From an uncultured virus (IMG/VR IMGVR_UViG_3300046516_000137) (taxonomy: Duplodnaviria; Heunggongvirae; Uroviricota; Caudoviricetes), in IMG/VR virus record IMGVR_UViG_3300046516_000137: a DNA stretch of 20,000 nt. One strand, 5' to 3'. Position numbers and translations under genes: made by a program. The notes below the pieces were generated by a model that ran no database searches, was not told where the DNA came from, and worked only from the letters and a program-made list of their open reading frames with translations. This document shows positions 1 through 6,992 of the stretch, one piece after another; position 1 is the stretch's first letter, and each line of letters starts with the position of its first letter.

Positions 1-4
1 TAAG

Positions 5-313
5 TTATTCTGGCCAACTAATGTTCGGATACTGCTCAACTGCTATACCATCTCGTACTATTACCCTTGACATATCTGGAGATTCTTCTCCATGTCGCAG
101 GATTATCAAGAAGTTGTTGGGATAAGCATATGCTAACTGCTGTAGGTCTGTCAACCAGCCATACCACTTAGTACAGTCATAACCGCTTACTTGACCCTCA
201 TAGTCTTCCCAACCAGGAGATCCCCAACCATATTGCTCATCAGCATTGTTGAGAACATCCTTGATATCGGGAATATCTGTATCCACTACTTCGAAAGTAG
301 AGTAATAACCCAT
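5..313 (-). CDS. Hypothetical phage protein (102 aa, MGYYSTFEVV...KWYGW...HGEESPD)
   Basis: ORF track 5..346; start moved to ATG 313, preceded by GGAGG; the longer start overlaps tRNA-Gln. Confidence 0.8.
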   Translation of the reverse strand: MGYYSTFEVVDTDIPDIKDVLNNADEQYGWGSPGWEDYEGQVSGYDCTKWYGWLTDLQQLAYAYPNNFLIILRHGEESPDMSRVIVRDGIAVEQYPNISWPE

Positions 314-337
314 AGTTGCCTCCATAGATTGTAAAAG

Positions 338-408
338 CTCCCCCACCAGGGCTCGAACCTAGACTCCGAGAGCCAAAGGCTCGTGTGCTGCCATTACACT
401 AAAGGGGA
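338..408 (-). tRNA. tRNA-Gln(UUG)
   Basis: Reverse complement folds as a cloverleaf: TCCCCTT/TGGGGGA acceptor, anticodon loop CT-TTG-GC, T loop TTCGAGC; no encoded CCA. Confidence 0.92.
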
Positions 409-412
409 AAAG

Positions 413-483
413 CTCTCCAACCTGGATTCGAACCAAGGCCAGCGAATTCAGAGTCCGCGATGCTGCCGTTACACCATTGGAGA
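413..483 (-). tRNA. tRNA-Gln(CUG)
   Basis: TCTCCAA/TTGGAGA acceptor, GCGGA-CT CTG AA-TTCGC anticodon arm, GGTTCGAATCC T arm. Confidence 0.95.
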
Positions 484-558
484 ATAAGAGGGTCGCGTAT
501 TGGGACAATTCAAACCCAAGAACCAATACCACCTACTCTAGGCGGGAAACCCAGCAAG

Positions 559-629
559 TACCGTATGCGAGAATCGAACTCGCGAACTCTGTTTGGAAGA
601 CAGATATGTTACCTCTACATCAATACGGC
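559..629 (-). tRNA. tRNA-Gly(UCC)
   Basis: GCCGTAT/ATACGGT acceptor, TCTGT-CT TCC AA-ACAGA, T arm GCGAG TTCGATT CTCGC. Confidence 0.95.
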
Positions 630-642
630 ATTATTTAATTGT

Positions 643-719
643 TGGTGGCGGAGCTTCGGAATCGCACCGAATTAACCCAGCTTATGAGACTGGTCGAGAT
701 AACTAACCTCCCGCCCGCA
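643..719 (-). tRNA. tRNA-Met(CAU), atypical, initiator-like
   Basis: CCAGT-CT CAT AA-GCTGG anticodon arm; 1:72 mismatch (U:C); bulged acceptor stem; T loop TGCGATT; encoded ACCA end. Confidence 0.8.
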
Positions 720-720
720 G

Positions 721-791
721 TAGCTGATGACAGAATTGAACTGTCGTTGACGGCTTATGAAACCGTTGTTCTGCCATTGAACTAATCAGCC
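721..791 (-). tRNA. tRNA with CAU anticodon (elongator Met, or Ile2)
   Basis: GGCTGAT/ATCAGCT acceptor, ACGGT-TT CAT AA-GCCGT, T arm GACAG TTCAATT CTGTC. Confidence 0.92.
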
Positions 792-797
792 ATACTA

Positions 798-896
798 CTA
801 GACTGAGGAGCCGAACTGCGCTACCTCAATCTTCTCGTCCTTAATAAGCTTCTCTACCTTAGCAGAGGCTCTAAGAGTCTTCAAAGGCTTACGCAT
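798..896 (-). CDS. 32 aa peptide MRKPLKTLRASAKVEKLIKDEKIEVAQFGSSV within the tRNA array
   Basis: Manual translation; AGGAGA RBS 4 nt before ATG; fills the gap between tRNA-Phe and tRNA-Met. Confidence 0.6.
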   Translation of the reverse strand: MRKPLKTLRASAKVEKLIKDEKIEVAQFGSSV

Positions 897-922
897 ATCG
901 TCTCCTTCTAGTTGTTGTAAAG

Positions 923-995
923 TGGCTCCCCCCGGATTTGAACCGAGATACATCGGGCTTCAACCGATTGCTCTACCAGGTTGAGCTAAAGAGCC
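923..995 (-). tRNA. tRNA-Phe(GAA)
   Basis: GGCTCTT/GGGAGCC acceptor, ATCGG-TT GAA GC-CCGAT, T loop TTCAAAT. Confidence 0.93.
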
Positions 996-1073
996 AATTG
1001 AGTTACTTACTTGTATTTAGCATCGTATCTATTATGTGATTTGGTGATGTCTATACGTTGATCATAACTCTAG

Positions 1074-1147
1074 TCTAGATGGCAGGATTTGAACCTGCGA
1101 CCGCCCGAATCCAAGTCGGGTACGCTACCAAACTGCGCTACATCTAG
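1074..1147 (-). tRNA. tRNA-Pro(UGG), A37 variant
   Basis: CTAGATG/CATCTAG acceptor, CCCGA-CT TGG AT-TCGGG, GCAGG TTCAAAT CCTGC. Confidence 0.95.
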
Positions 1148-1159
1148 ATTAATACTACG

Positions 1160-1231
1160 TCGGGCACCCGAGAATCGAACTCGGTTTATCCTGTTCCCAA
1201 AACAGGCGGATTACCATCTTCCTCGTGCCCG
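1160..1231 (-). tRNA. tRNA-Pro(UGG), second divergent copy
   Basis: CGGGCAC/GTGCCCG acceptor, CCTGT-TT TGG GA-ACAGG, CCGAG TTCGATT CTCGG. Confidence 0.9.
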
Positions 1232-1277
1232 ATAGAGAGCTGACGTTAATCAGCTCCCGTTGAAAGGAGGCAAGATC

Positions 1278-1306
1278 AGTATAACATCCTGCTGTCCCTA
1301 AGTCAA
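1278..1306 (-). promoter_or_regulatory. Sigma70/HrdB-type promoter for the tRNA array
   Basis: TTGACT-17 nt-TATACT with extended -10 TG, about 45 nt upstream of the first tRNA. Confidence 0.8.
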
Positions 1307-1456
1307 TTACTTCTTTTCCGCGCTAGTACTATACTGATTTCCATGTTTCTGGCACAAGTATCTGATTACTCCCTTAACTGGAGCTCGCATACAGGCACGT
1401 CTCTGACATCCTTTGAACCAGCACTGATCTATCAAAGGTACGTATTCATTAGTCAT
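1307..1456 (-). CDS. 49 aa Cys/His protein (CWFKGC...LCQKH), putative zinc finger
   Basis: Manual translation; TAATG overlap with the upstream ORF stop. Confidence 0.7.
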   Translation of the reverse strand: MTNEYVPLIDQCWFKGCQRRACMRAPVKGVIRYLCQKHGNQYSTSAEKK

Positions 1457-1683
1457 TACAGTACCACGGTTACTTCGTTGATGTCAACCCTACCGATAAG
1501 AAGTTCACCGGAACGAAGAGACGCTTTATGGATGCTTACCTGGTCCCTGACTGGTTCCGTGTGATCCCAGACTATGTTGTAGTGGCCCATGTTGTCAAGC
1601 AATTGTTCTGTGACCTCCATGTGACCACCCATGTGGTGAAGTGCTACAACAAGGAGTCTAGCCAGAAGCTGTTCCTGTGTCAA
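1456..1683 (-). CDS. Hypothetical protein (75 aa)
   Basis: ORF track; AAAGGAG RBS; tightly packed in the operon. Confidence 0.7.
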   Translation of the reverse strand: MTQEQLLARLLVVALHHMGGHMEVTEQLLDNMGHYNIVWDHTEPVRDQVSIHKASLRSGELLIGRVDINEVTVVL

Positions 1684-1685
1684 GG

Positions 1686-1883
1686 TCAGTTCTCCTTTGA
1701 AAGACGGGAGATGGTTTCCTTCAGGTGACCGTTGGCTTCCAGTAGCTCCTGTACGTGATTCTTTGCCACCTCTGAGGCTACTAGAGCTATCTCATCGACA
1801 AACCGTTCACTGTCAGCATCATCGGGTCTTATACGGGCAACCAGAGCTTCGTAGATATCATCGTAAATTAGATTTCTCTGCAT
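1686..1883 (-). CDS. Hypothetical protein (65 aa, coiled-coil-like C-terminus)
   Basis: ORF track; abuts both neighbours. Confidence 0.75.
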   Translation of the reverse strand: MQRNLIYDDIYEALVARIRPDDADSERFVDEIALVASEVAKNHVQELLEANGHLKETISRLSKEN

Positions 1884-2093
1884 TTAAATCTCCGGGTAAT
1901 GAGCATCTTCACCAAAGGGTGCCATAACTACAAGATCATTTTGGTTAATGTTGTCTACCAGAGCCTCTAGTACTGAACGAATGTAAACGGTGATTCCAAG
2001 ACCCTTCTTGTCTGCTTCCTTCTTCAGTACCGCAAGAGTATCCTTATGTAGCCGTAGGCTTCTGGATACCATCGCTGTGCTTGTGTTCTCCAT
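1884..2093 (-). CDS. Ribbon-helix-helix (CopG/Arc-like) DNA-binding protein
   Basis: SRSLRLHKDTLAVLKKEADKKGLGITVYIRSVLE matches the RHH beta-helix-G-helix pattern; AAGGAG RBS before ATG 2093. Confidence 0.8.
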   Translation of the reverse strand: MENTSTAMVSRSLRLHKDTLAVLKKEADKKGLGITVYIRSVLEALVDNINQNDLVVMAPFGEDAHYPEI

Positions 2094-2127
2094 ATGGTTC
2101 TCCTTATTGTAAAGTTCTGTAAAAAGT

Positions 2128-2156
2128 AGTGTATCACAGACTTTTACCAAAGGAAA
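2128..2156 (-). promoter_or_regulatory. Putative leftward promoter (extended -10)
   Basis: TG-A-TACACT -10 with a weak -35 (TTTCCT) at 17 nt. Confidence 0.45.
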
Positions 2157-2254
2157 CCAACAAGATCATCCTGGAACAACAACTACTACCAGGTGAGAAA
2201 AAGACATAAAAATCACCAGATGGATTAGTTAACTACCATAGGATAGTAATAGAC

Positions 2255-2500
2255 GAGTTTTTAATACTAGTTCTATTCTCTTAGTACTAGTCTCTTCTGG
2301 TAAGTTATTTTATTCTCTTAGTATATTAGTTTTATACTAGTAATCTTCTAGTTATTTTCTTATAGAAGTTCTTTACTATAAGATTCTATTCTCTTGGTAA
2401 CTTTTTCTTCTACTAGACTTTTACTCTTCTAGTCTGTAAGCTTTTAGTCCGAAGGACTTATATACAGACTATGTTTTTTCTTCTTTTCCTCTGGTCAAGC
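2255..2500. repeat. AT-rich low-complexity region with iteron-like repeats
   Basis: TATTCTCTTRGTA at 2274, 2311 and 2387; many (TA)CTAG; T-rich top strand; no ORF. Confidence 0.6.
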
Positions 2501-2556
2501 TTCGCTAGTTGTCAAGCTTAGCACATGGTTCCAAATCTGTAAAGTCACTTGGTAGG

Positions 2557-2585
2557 TTGTCATGGGGTACGTTCTCTGGTAGAGT
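2557..2585 (+). promoter_or_regulatory. Rightward sigma70/HrdB-type promoter
   Basis: TTGTCA-17 nt-TAGAGT with TG extension. Confidence 0.65.
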
Positions 2586-2637
2586 ATCCTTTAAGGGAGA
2601 ACTGGTGGGGGTAACCAGCAAATAGAGAAGGTCACGT

Positions 2638-2808
2638 ATGAAGAACTACAGCATAGCAAACATGGATATCGGTAAGAAGGGTCCATGCATGGTTCCTGGT
2701 CATCCTAAGGAACATACTCTTGAGATGGACTGCTGGTCAACTATGAGAAGGTATTTGTTCGATCATACCTGGGCTGAATTCCTGGCTGAGGTAAACAGAA
2801 AGAAGTAA
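2638..2808 (+). CDS. Hypothetical protein (56 aa, MKNYSIANMDIG...)
   Basis: Manual translation; first ORF after the promoter, ends 4 nt before the HNH gene. Confidence 0.65.
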   Translation: MKNYSIANMDIGKKGPCMVPGHPKEHTLEMDCWSTMRRYLFDHTWAEFLAEVNRKK

Positions 2809-2812
2809 GGAT

Positions 2813-3223
2813 ATGGGACGAAAGAACCAGAGTTCCTACTATTCCAAACCTATTGCACGGATACATGCTGATTTCAATGGTATCTGTGCATTGTGCGGAA
2901 ATTTTGTAGAACTCTCTGATGCGTCCCGCGACCATATAATCCCCCGCTCAAAAGGCGGGGGAAATGGCCGGGACAATATACAGCTGACTCATAAGAGCTG
3001 TAACAACCTCAAGGGTGATATAAGTTACCCTGTCGACTGGCAAGAGCAGCTTAAGCGGGATATGGTAATACCAAAGGGCTATCAATGCCGTTACTGCTCA
3101 CAGGAGATAAACAAGCAGCACAAGGACTATCAGTATGTGGCAAAGGTGATCGTACAAGGAAAGATCGTAGCCCTTCATACCTGGTGCAATGAGGAGAGGA
3201 TTAAGTATGGAAAGCAGTTATAG
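2813..3223 (+). CDS. HNH endonuclease with C-terminal Cys/His module
   Basis: CALCG...RDHIIPRSKGGGN...NIQLTHKSCNNLKG canonical HNH motif; second CRYC...H..C. Confidence 0.92.
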   Translation: MGRKNQSSYYSKPIARIHADFNGICALCGNFVELSDASRDHIIPRSKGGGNGRDNIQLTHKSCNNLKGDISYPVDWQEQLKRDMVIPKGYQCRYCSQEINKQHKDYQYVAKVIVQGKIVALHTWCNEERIKYGKQL

Positions 3224-3235
3224 ACGGAGAACCTT

Positions 3236-3412
3236 ATGAAGAAGACCAATAGAAGACCACGTATTAGAGATCCGCTTATTCTTAACAACCCTGATGTACT
3301 CGGTTATATCTGTGCCAAGTGTCAGGGAGGACTGCACAAGTTCTGTAGTGCCAAGGGTGGTAAGACAAAACTGGGCTGTGTATGTCCCGACAAGAGTCAC
3401 GAGAGAAGATAA
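3236..3412 (+). CDS. 58 aa basic zinc-finger-like protein (CxxC-x4-HxxC-x10-CxC-x4-H)
   Basis: Manual translation; GGAGA RBS; TAATG overlap with the next gene. Confidence 0.8.
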   Translation: MKKTNRRPRIRDPLILNNPDVLGYICAKCQGGLHKFCSAKGGKTKLGCVCPDKSHERR

Positions 3413-3828
3413 TGACAGGATTCTGGGAAGACGGAAATTACGGTATGGATTTTCTGGCTGCACGAAATAAAGCAGATGCCAAGAAGGCAGAAGCGGCCAG
3501 AAAGACCAAATGGGAGATAGAAGAGGAACAGCGCAATAAGCTAGCCGCTGCTCTCTGGAAAATGGAGACGCATCCTGGCAGAGACCACTGTAGTAGTTGT
3601 TTTGGCGAGTACTATGACGGCTATGCCGGTGGTGGAGTAATGATGGATGGCTACTGCTGTTGCAAGGACAATGGAATTACCGGAGTCGTTCAGCCGCTTG
3701 ACGATTATGACTATCGTGTCAAGTATCCACCAGTAAATGGAAAGGTCCCCGAAATCTTTGAAAAGTGGGGACCAAGAACACAGGAACGCTACCTGAAGAG
3801 ATTTGAAGGAGAACTAAATGGAGCATAA
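3412..3828 (+). CDS. Hypothetical protein with Cys cluster (HCSSC...YCCC)
   Basis: ORF track 3382..3828, start reassigned to the overlapping ATG 3412. Confidence 0.8.
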   Translation: MTGFWEDGNYGMDFLAARNKADAKKAEAARKTKWEIEEEQRNKLAAALWKMETHPGRDHCSSCFGEYYDGYAGGGVMMDGYCCCKDNGITGVVQPLDDYDYRVKYPPVNGKVPEIFEKWGPRTQERYLKRFEGELNGA

Positions 3829-4348
3829 TCCGATACTGCTACTGGACGTAGATGGTGTTTTAAATCCGTTTGCGGCCAAGGCTACACAGAGACCTGACGG
3901 TTATGAGACCCACAGAATGCGCCCTAATGGCTTTCTTATGCAGAATGCACTTAGAGTATGGCTTAATCCTCTGCACGGTGAGAAACTCCTGAGTCTCGGC
4001 TACGACCTTGTATGGGCAACCATGTGGGAATCCGAAGCCAACGAGTGGATCGCGCCGCATATAGGCCTTCCTGAGCTTCCTTTCATCAGTTTCAAGCACG
4101 CTAGCTGGTACGACAGGGATGGTCTGTACATCAAGACCAAGACTATTGCACAGACCATGAACGAAGAGTATGCTGGGGTACCGTTCATCTGGGTTGATGA
4201 CGAGACAACTCCCTTTGATACCAACTATCTGAGGCAGAACTGTCCCGTAAGATCAAAAATCTTTACTATTAACCCCAGAATTGGGCTAGTAGACCGAGAT
4301 TTTGATGAAATCCGAGCATACAAGGCAAAACTTATGGGATACCGATGA
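3818..4348 (+). CDS. HAD-superfamily phosphatase (Swiss-army-knife RNA-repair HAD-like)
   Basis: Motif I LLLDVDGVLN, motif II VWATMW, conserved Lys, motif IV FIWVDDE. Confidence 0.85.
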   Translation: MEHNPILLLDVDGVLNPFAAKATQRPDGYETHRMRPNGFLMQNALRVWLNPLHGEKLLSLGYDLVWATMWESEANEWIAPHIGLPELPFISFKHASWYDRDGLYIKTKTIAQTMNEEYAGVPFIWVDDETTPFDTNYLRQNCPVRSKIFTINPRIGLVDRDFDEIRAYKAKLMGYR

Positions 4349-4364
4349 AATGGAGTAGCTAAAA

Positions 4365-4544
4365 ATGAAGTTTTTCAAGTCAAAAGACGAGTGTCCACCA
4401 GGTTATACGATTCTATGTGTGGACAATCCTGTTGCCAATACAACCAGATACCAAATTCTCTTCAATGGAAAAGATATAGGATGGTCTGGTACTGATGTAA
4501 ATGCTGCTTTACGTGAGGCAAAGAAGATGGCAAGAAATAAGTAA
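4365..4544 (+). CDS. 59 aa hypothetical protein, paralog of 4573..4770
   Basis: Manual translation MKFFKSKDECPPGYTI...GWSGTDVNAALREAKKMARNK; GGAG RBS. Confidence 0.85.
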   Translation: MKFFKSKDECPPGYTILCVDNPVANTTRYQILFNGKDIGWSGTDVNAALREAKKMARNK

Positions 4545-4572
4545 CCAACAGACTAGATAAGGAGAGCCAAAA

Positions 4573-4770
4573 ATGGGATTAAATAACTGGCTTAAGACAG
4601 TGGGTGCTTGTCCTCCAGGTTATGAGATAAAATACCTGGCCAACGACAGTGCAGGAAGGACCGAATACCATATTTTCTTCAAGGGAAGAGACACAGGCTG
4701 GGCAGGCCTGGATGAAAAGGTAGCTATTCGTGCTATGAAGGATATGGCAAGAAACAACAAGTTCAAGTAA
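4573..4770 (+). CDS. 65 aa hypothetical protein, paralog of 4365..4544
   Basis: CPPGYEI...GWAGLDEKVAIRAMKDMARN; AAGGAG RBS. Confidence 0.85.
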   Translation: MGLNNWLKTVGACPPGYEIKYLANDSAGRTEYHIFFKGRDTGWAGLDEKVAIRAMKDMARNNKFK

Positions 4771-4772
4771 AT

Positions 4773-4940
4773 ATGAGTAAAGAGAACCTGAATATGGCGT
4801 ATAAGGGCTACCGTATCTACTACGGTGGTCCTATATACGGAATCTGTGTAAATAATCCCCAAGGTATCCGCGTAGTCATCGATACCAATGTAAGAACTGC
4901 CAAGATACTCATCAAGGCTTTTATAAAGGAGGGCAAGTAA
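4773..4940 (+). CDS. 55 aa hypothetical protein (MSKENLNMAYKGYRIYY...)
   Basis: Manual translation; fills the operon gap. Confidence 0.7.
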   Translation: MSKENLNMAYKGYRIYYGGPIYGICVNNPQGIRVVIDTNVRTAKILIKAFIKEGK

Positions 4941-4956
4941 TGGAGGAATCCACACT

Positions 4957-5538
4957 ATGAAATATACGTACGACACGGAATTCATTGACAACGGAGAAAC
5001 CATAGAATTCTTATCCATAGGGATAGTTGCTGAAGACGGCAGGGAATACTACGCTATTACTTCTAATACTGAAGTCTTAGCCAGAGCCCGTCAGAACCCC
5101 TGGCTGAAGCAGAATGTACTAGCGCAGTTACCTATTATAGATATCGCAGACGCTGGTGGCTTCGGGTTCAACCCCAACCACGCAGACTACCAGCATGTAA
5201 AGCCAAAGCACCAGATAAAAGAAGAAATTTCGGCCTTCCTGCGGTATGAAGCGGATATAGAATACTGGGCATGGTTCGCTGCATATGACCATGTTGTACT
5301 CAGCCAACTATTTGGAAGAATGCTGGATCTTCCTATGGGATTCCCCATGTATACCAATGACATAAAGCAGGAACACAGACGACTGGGCTACCCAAGAATT
5401 CCAGAACAGGCTCAGGGGGCACACAATGCCCTGGAAGACGCTAGATGGAACATGGATACCCTGCACTACCTAGAGGCCCTAGAAAGCCCCAAAGAATCGG
5501 TTCTAGCGGCAAATCCTAAGAGAACGAGGATATGGTAA
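4957..5538 (+). CDS. DEDDh 3'-5' exoribonuclease, Rv2179c/RNase AS-like
   Basis: YDTEFI..G.TI...SIGIVAEDGREYYA, WAWFAAYDHVVLSQLFG.M..LP.G.P.YTND, HNALEDARW. Confidence 0.9.
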   Translation: MKYTYDTEFIDNGETIEFLSIGIVAEDGREYYAITSNTEVLARARQNPWLKQNVLAQLPIIDIADAGGFGFNPNHADYQHVKPKHQIKEEISAFLRYEADIEYWAWFAAYDHVVLSQLFGRMLDLPMGFPMYTNDIKQEHRRLGYPRIPEQAQGAHNALEDARWNMDTLHYLEALESPKESVLAANPKRTRIW

Positions 5539-5551
5539 ATGGAGGATATCT

Positions 5552-5728
5552 ATGGCTAAAGACGGACACAGACCAAAACGTATGAAGAGCAACGCAGGTA
5601 CCGATAAAGTCAAGACAACGTGTGAGCACTGCATCAATGGTGACCACCACAGGTGTACCAGCACTTCCACAAGGGGAATGGTGAAATGCCTTTGTGCCAA
5701 TTTCTACCACAAGCTGTATGAGGAGTAG
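5552..5728 (+). CDS. 58 aa basic zinc-finger-like protein (CxxC-x4-HxxC-x10-CxC-x4-H)
   Basis: Manual translation MAKDGHRPKR...CEHCINGDHHRC...KCLCANFYH; GGAGG RBS. Confidence 0.8.
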   Translation: MAKDGHRPKRMKSNAGTDKVKTTCEHCINGDHHRCTSTSTRGMVKCLCANFYHKLYEE

Positions 5729-5747
5729 CCATGGAGGAAGCTGCGCT

Positions 5748-5900
5748 ATGAAAGGCAAGAAGCACAATCCTTCCAATACAGTAAAAGATATATGGAGATG
5801 CCAGAACTGCCTTAAGGAGAAGCACCAGCACTGTCTGCGCTATGACAGAGGCTTCCCTTGTTACTGTATGGTCAACAATCATCTACTGGCCCATAAATAA
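5748..5900 (+). CDS. 50 aa basic zinc-finger-like protein (CxxC-x4-HxxC-x8-CxC-x4-H)
   Basis: ORF track 5694..5900, start at ATG 5748 after GGAGG. Confidence 0.8.
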   Translation: MKGKKHNPSNTVKDIWRCQNCLKEKHQHCLRYDRGFPCYCMVNNHLLAHK

Positions 5901-5916
5901 CCAAAGGAGGTATTAT

Positions 5917-6111
5917 ATGGCTCCATTCAAAAAAGGTCAGATACAGGTAGAGTCATTCGAGACCTCCGACGAAGCCTGGAAGGCCCTTACCAAGAAATAT
6001 GCGAACCTACTCAATACTCCCAGATTCAAAGACGCAAAAGCAGCCGGATACACACTGGGAGTAATAAAGTCAAAAGGACTCTACTGGGTAGTGGTTAATC
6101 CACCTAGGTAG
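5917..6111 (+). CDS. 64 aa hypothetical protein
   Basis: AAAGGAGG RBS before ATG 5917. Confidence 0.8.
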   Translation: MAPFKKGQIQVESFETSDEAWKALTKKYANLLNTPRFKDAKAAGYTLGVIKSKGLYWVVVNPPR

Positions 6112-6158
6112 AAAGAAGCCCTCAGTCCTTGTATAAGGAAAGAGGGCTTCTTTTATTT
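6112..6158 (+). terminator. Intrinsic terminator (possibly bidirectional)
   Basis: AAAGAAGCCCTC / GAGGGCTTCTTT 12 bp stem followed by TATTT. Confidence 0.85.
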
Positions 6159-6635
6159 GAGATACTACCCTGTATTCAGGATACTTACCTTGTACAGATC
6201 ACCATTTTATAATCGGGAAACCAGGCAGGTACCCAATCTCCCCACTAACTTTTAAAGGTCGGGGGTCGAACTATGTATATTAATGCTGAATAGACCTAAT
6301 CACGCTATGTGCAGCCCTAATGACATAGTTCGTAGTCATATTGACCCTATGTCTAATGCATAATCGGGATACTAATTGAAATTGCTTGACAAAGGGAGAA
6401 TGGTGTGGCCTGGTAATAGGGTGATATGGGTTTGAATGTAGTTAATCATGTTGGTAATGGAGTGATATACCTATTCAGTTACCAATACAGGTCATTGGAG
6501 AGTAAGTCAATAGGTATGCCAAGAGAGTATGGTCACACTTCGCACAGTCACAACGGACATAAGGTGTGGTTTGGCGTCTATGGGATATGTGTGTATGCAT
6601 TGATTAGACCATCGCAGGTCAGAGTATGTGCCAGT

Positions 6636-6674
6636 AGTGGTCTAGTCCTCATAGGTACATTGGTCTAGTCCCGT
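6636..6674. promoter_or_regulatory. Two tandem DasR-responsive-element (dre)-like boxes
   Basis: AGTGGTCTAGTCCTCA (6636) and ATTGGTCTAGTCCCGT (6659) versus the dre consensus ANTGGTCTAGACCANT. Confidence 0.5.
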
Positions 6675-6992
6675 AGGCATTATCTACGCACAGTGAAAAT
6701 CGTCTGTACAGCCCTGTGAGAGGTGAGCTGGATAGAGAGGACGTTGAGTACCAAAGGATCATGCTAGAGGGGCCAAAGAATGGATTGGTGGCTATACTTG
6801 TCAGTACTCTTGTCTCTATATGTATCTATGGTGTATATCGCTACGCTCTCCTGCGCTTCGCTTGGCCCCGAAATTTCCTGAGGGGAGTGTGTTGGGTAAC
6901 AGGTGTGCATCGGCATAACGGACATACAGGGATAGTATGGGCGCGTAGCCACTAGGTTTGGTATCGAGTCGGTAACGAAGTGGGATGAGGCT

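Noticed and set aside
484..558. Theta (HDV-like) ribozyme in the tRNA-Gly 3' trailer
   Set aside because: A GGG-TTTCCCG-CCT loop resembles L3, but I could not build P1 starting at a G, P2 or the catalytic J4/2 C.
460..675. + strand 71 aa ORF, plus 1343..1564, 1528..1728 and 1697..1927
   Set aside because: They overlap tRNA genes or better-supported minus-strand CDSs.
338..1231. tRNAs fall in alphabetical order (Gln, Gln, Gly, Met, Met, Phe, Pro, Pro) along the + strand
   Set aside because: Naming coincidence aided by isoacceptor clustering; no biological mechanism, and spacers look natural.
2813..3223. HNH as an intron-encoded or IscB/Cas9-like nuclease
   Set aside because: Only 136 aa, with no RuvC motifs, interrupted host gene or adjacent structured guide RNA; ordinary free-standing phage HNH.
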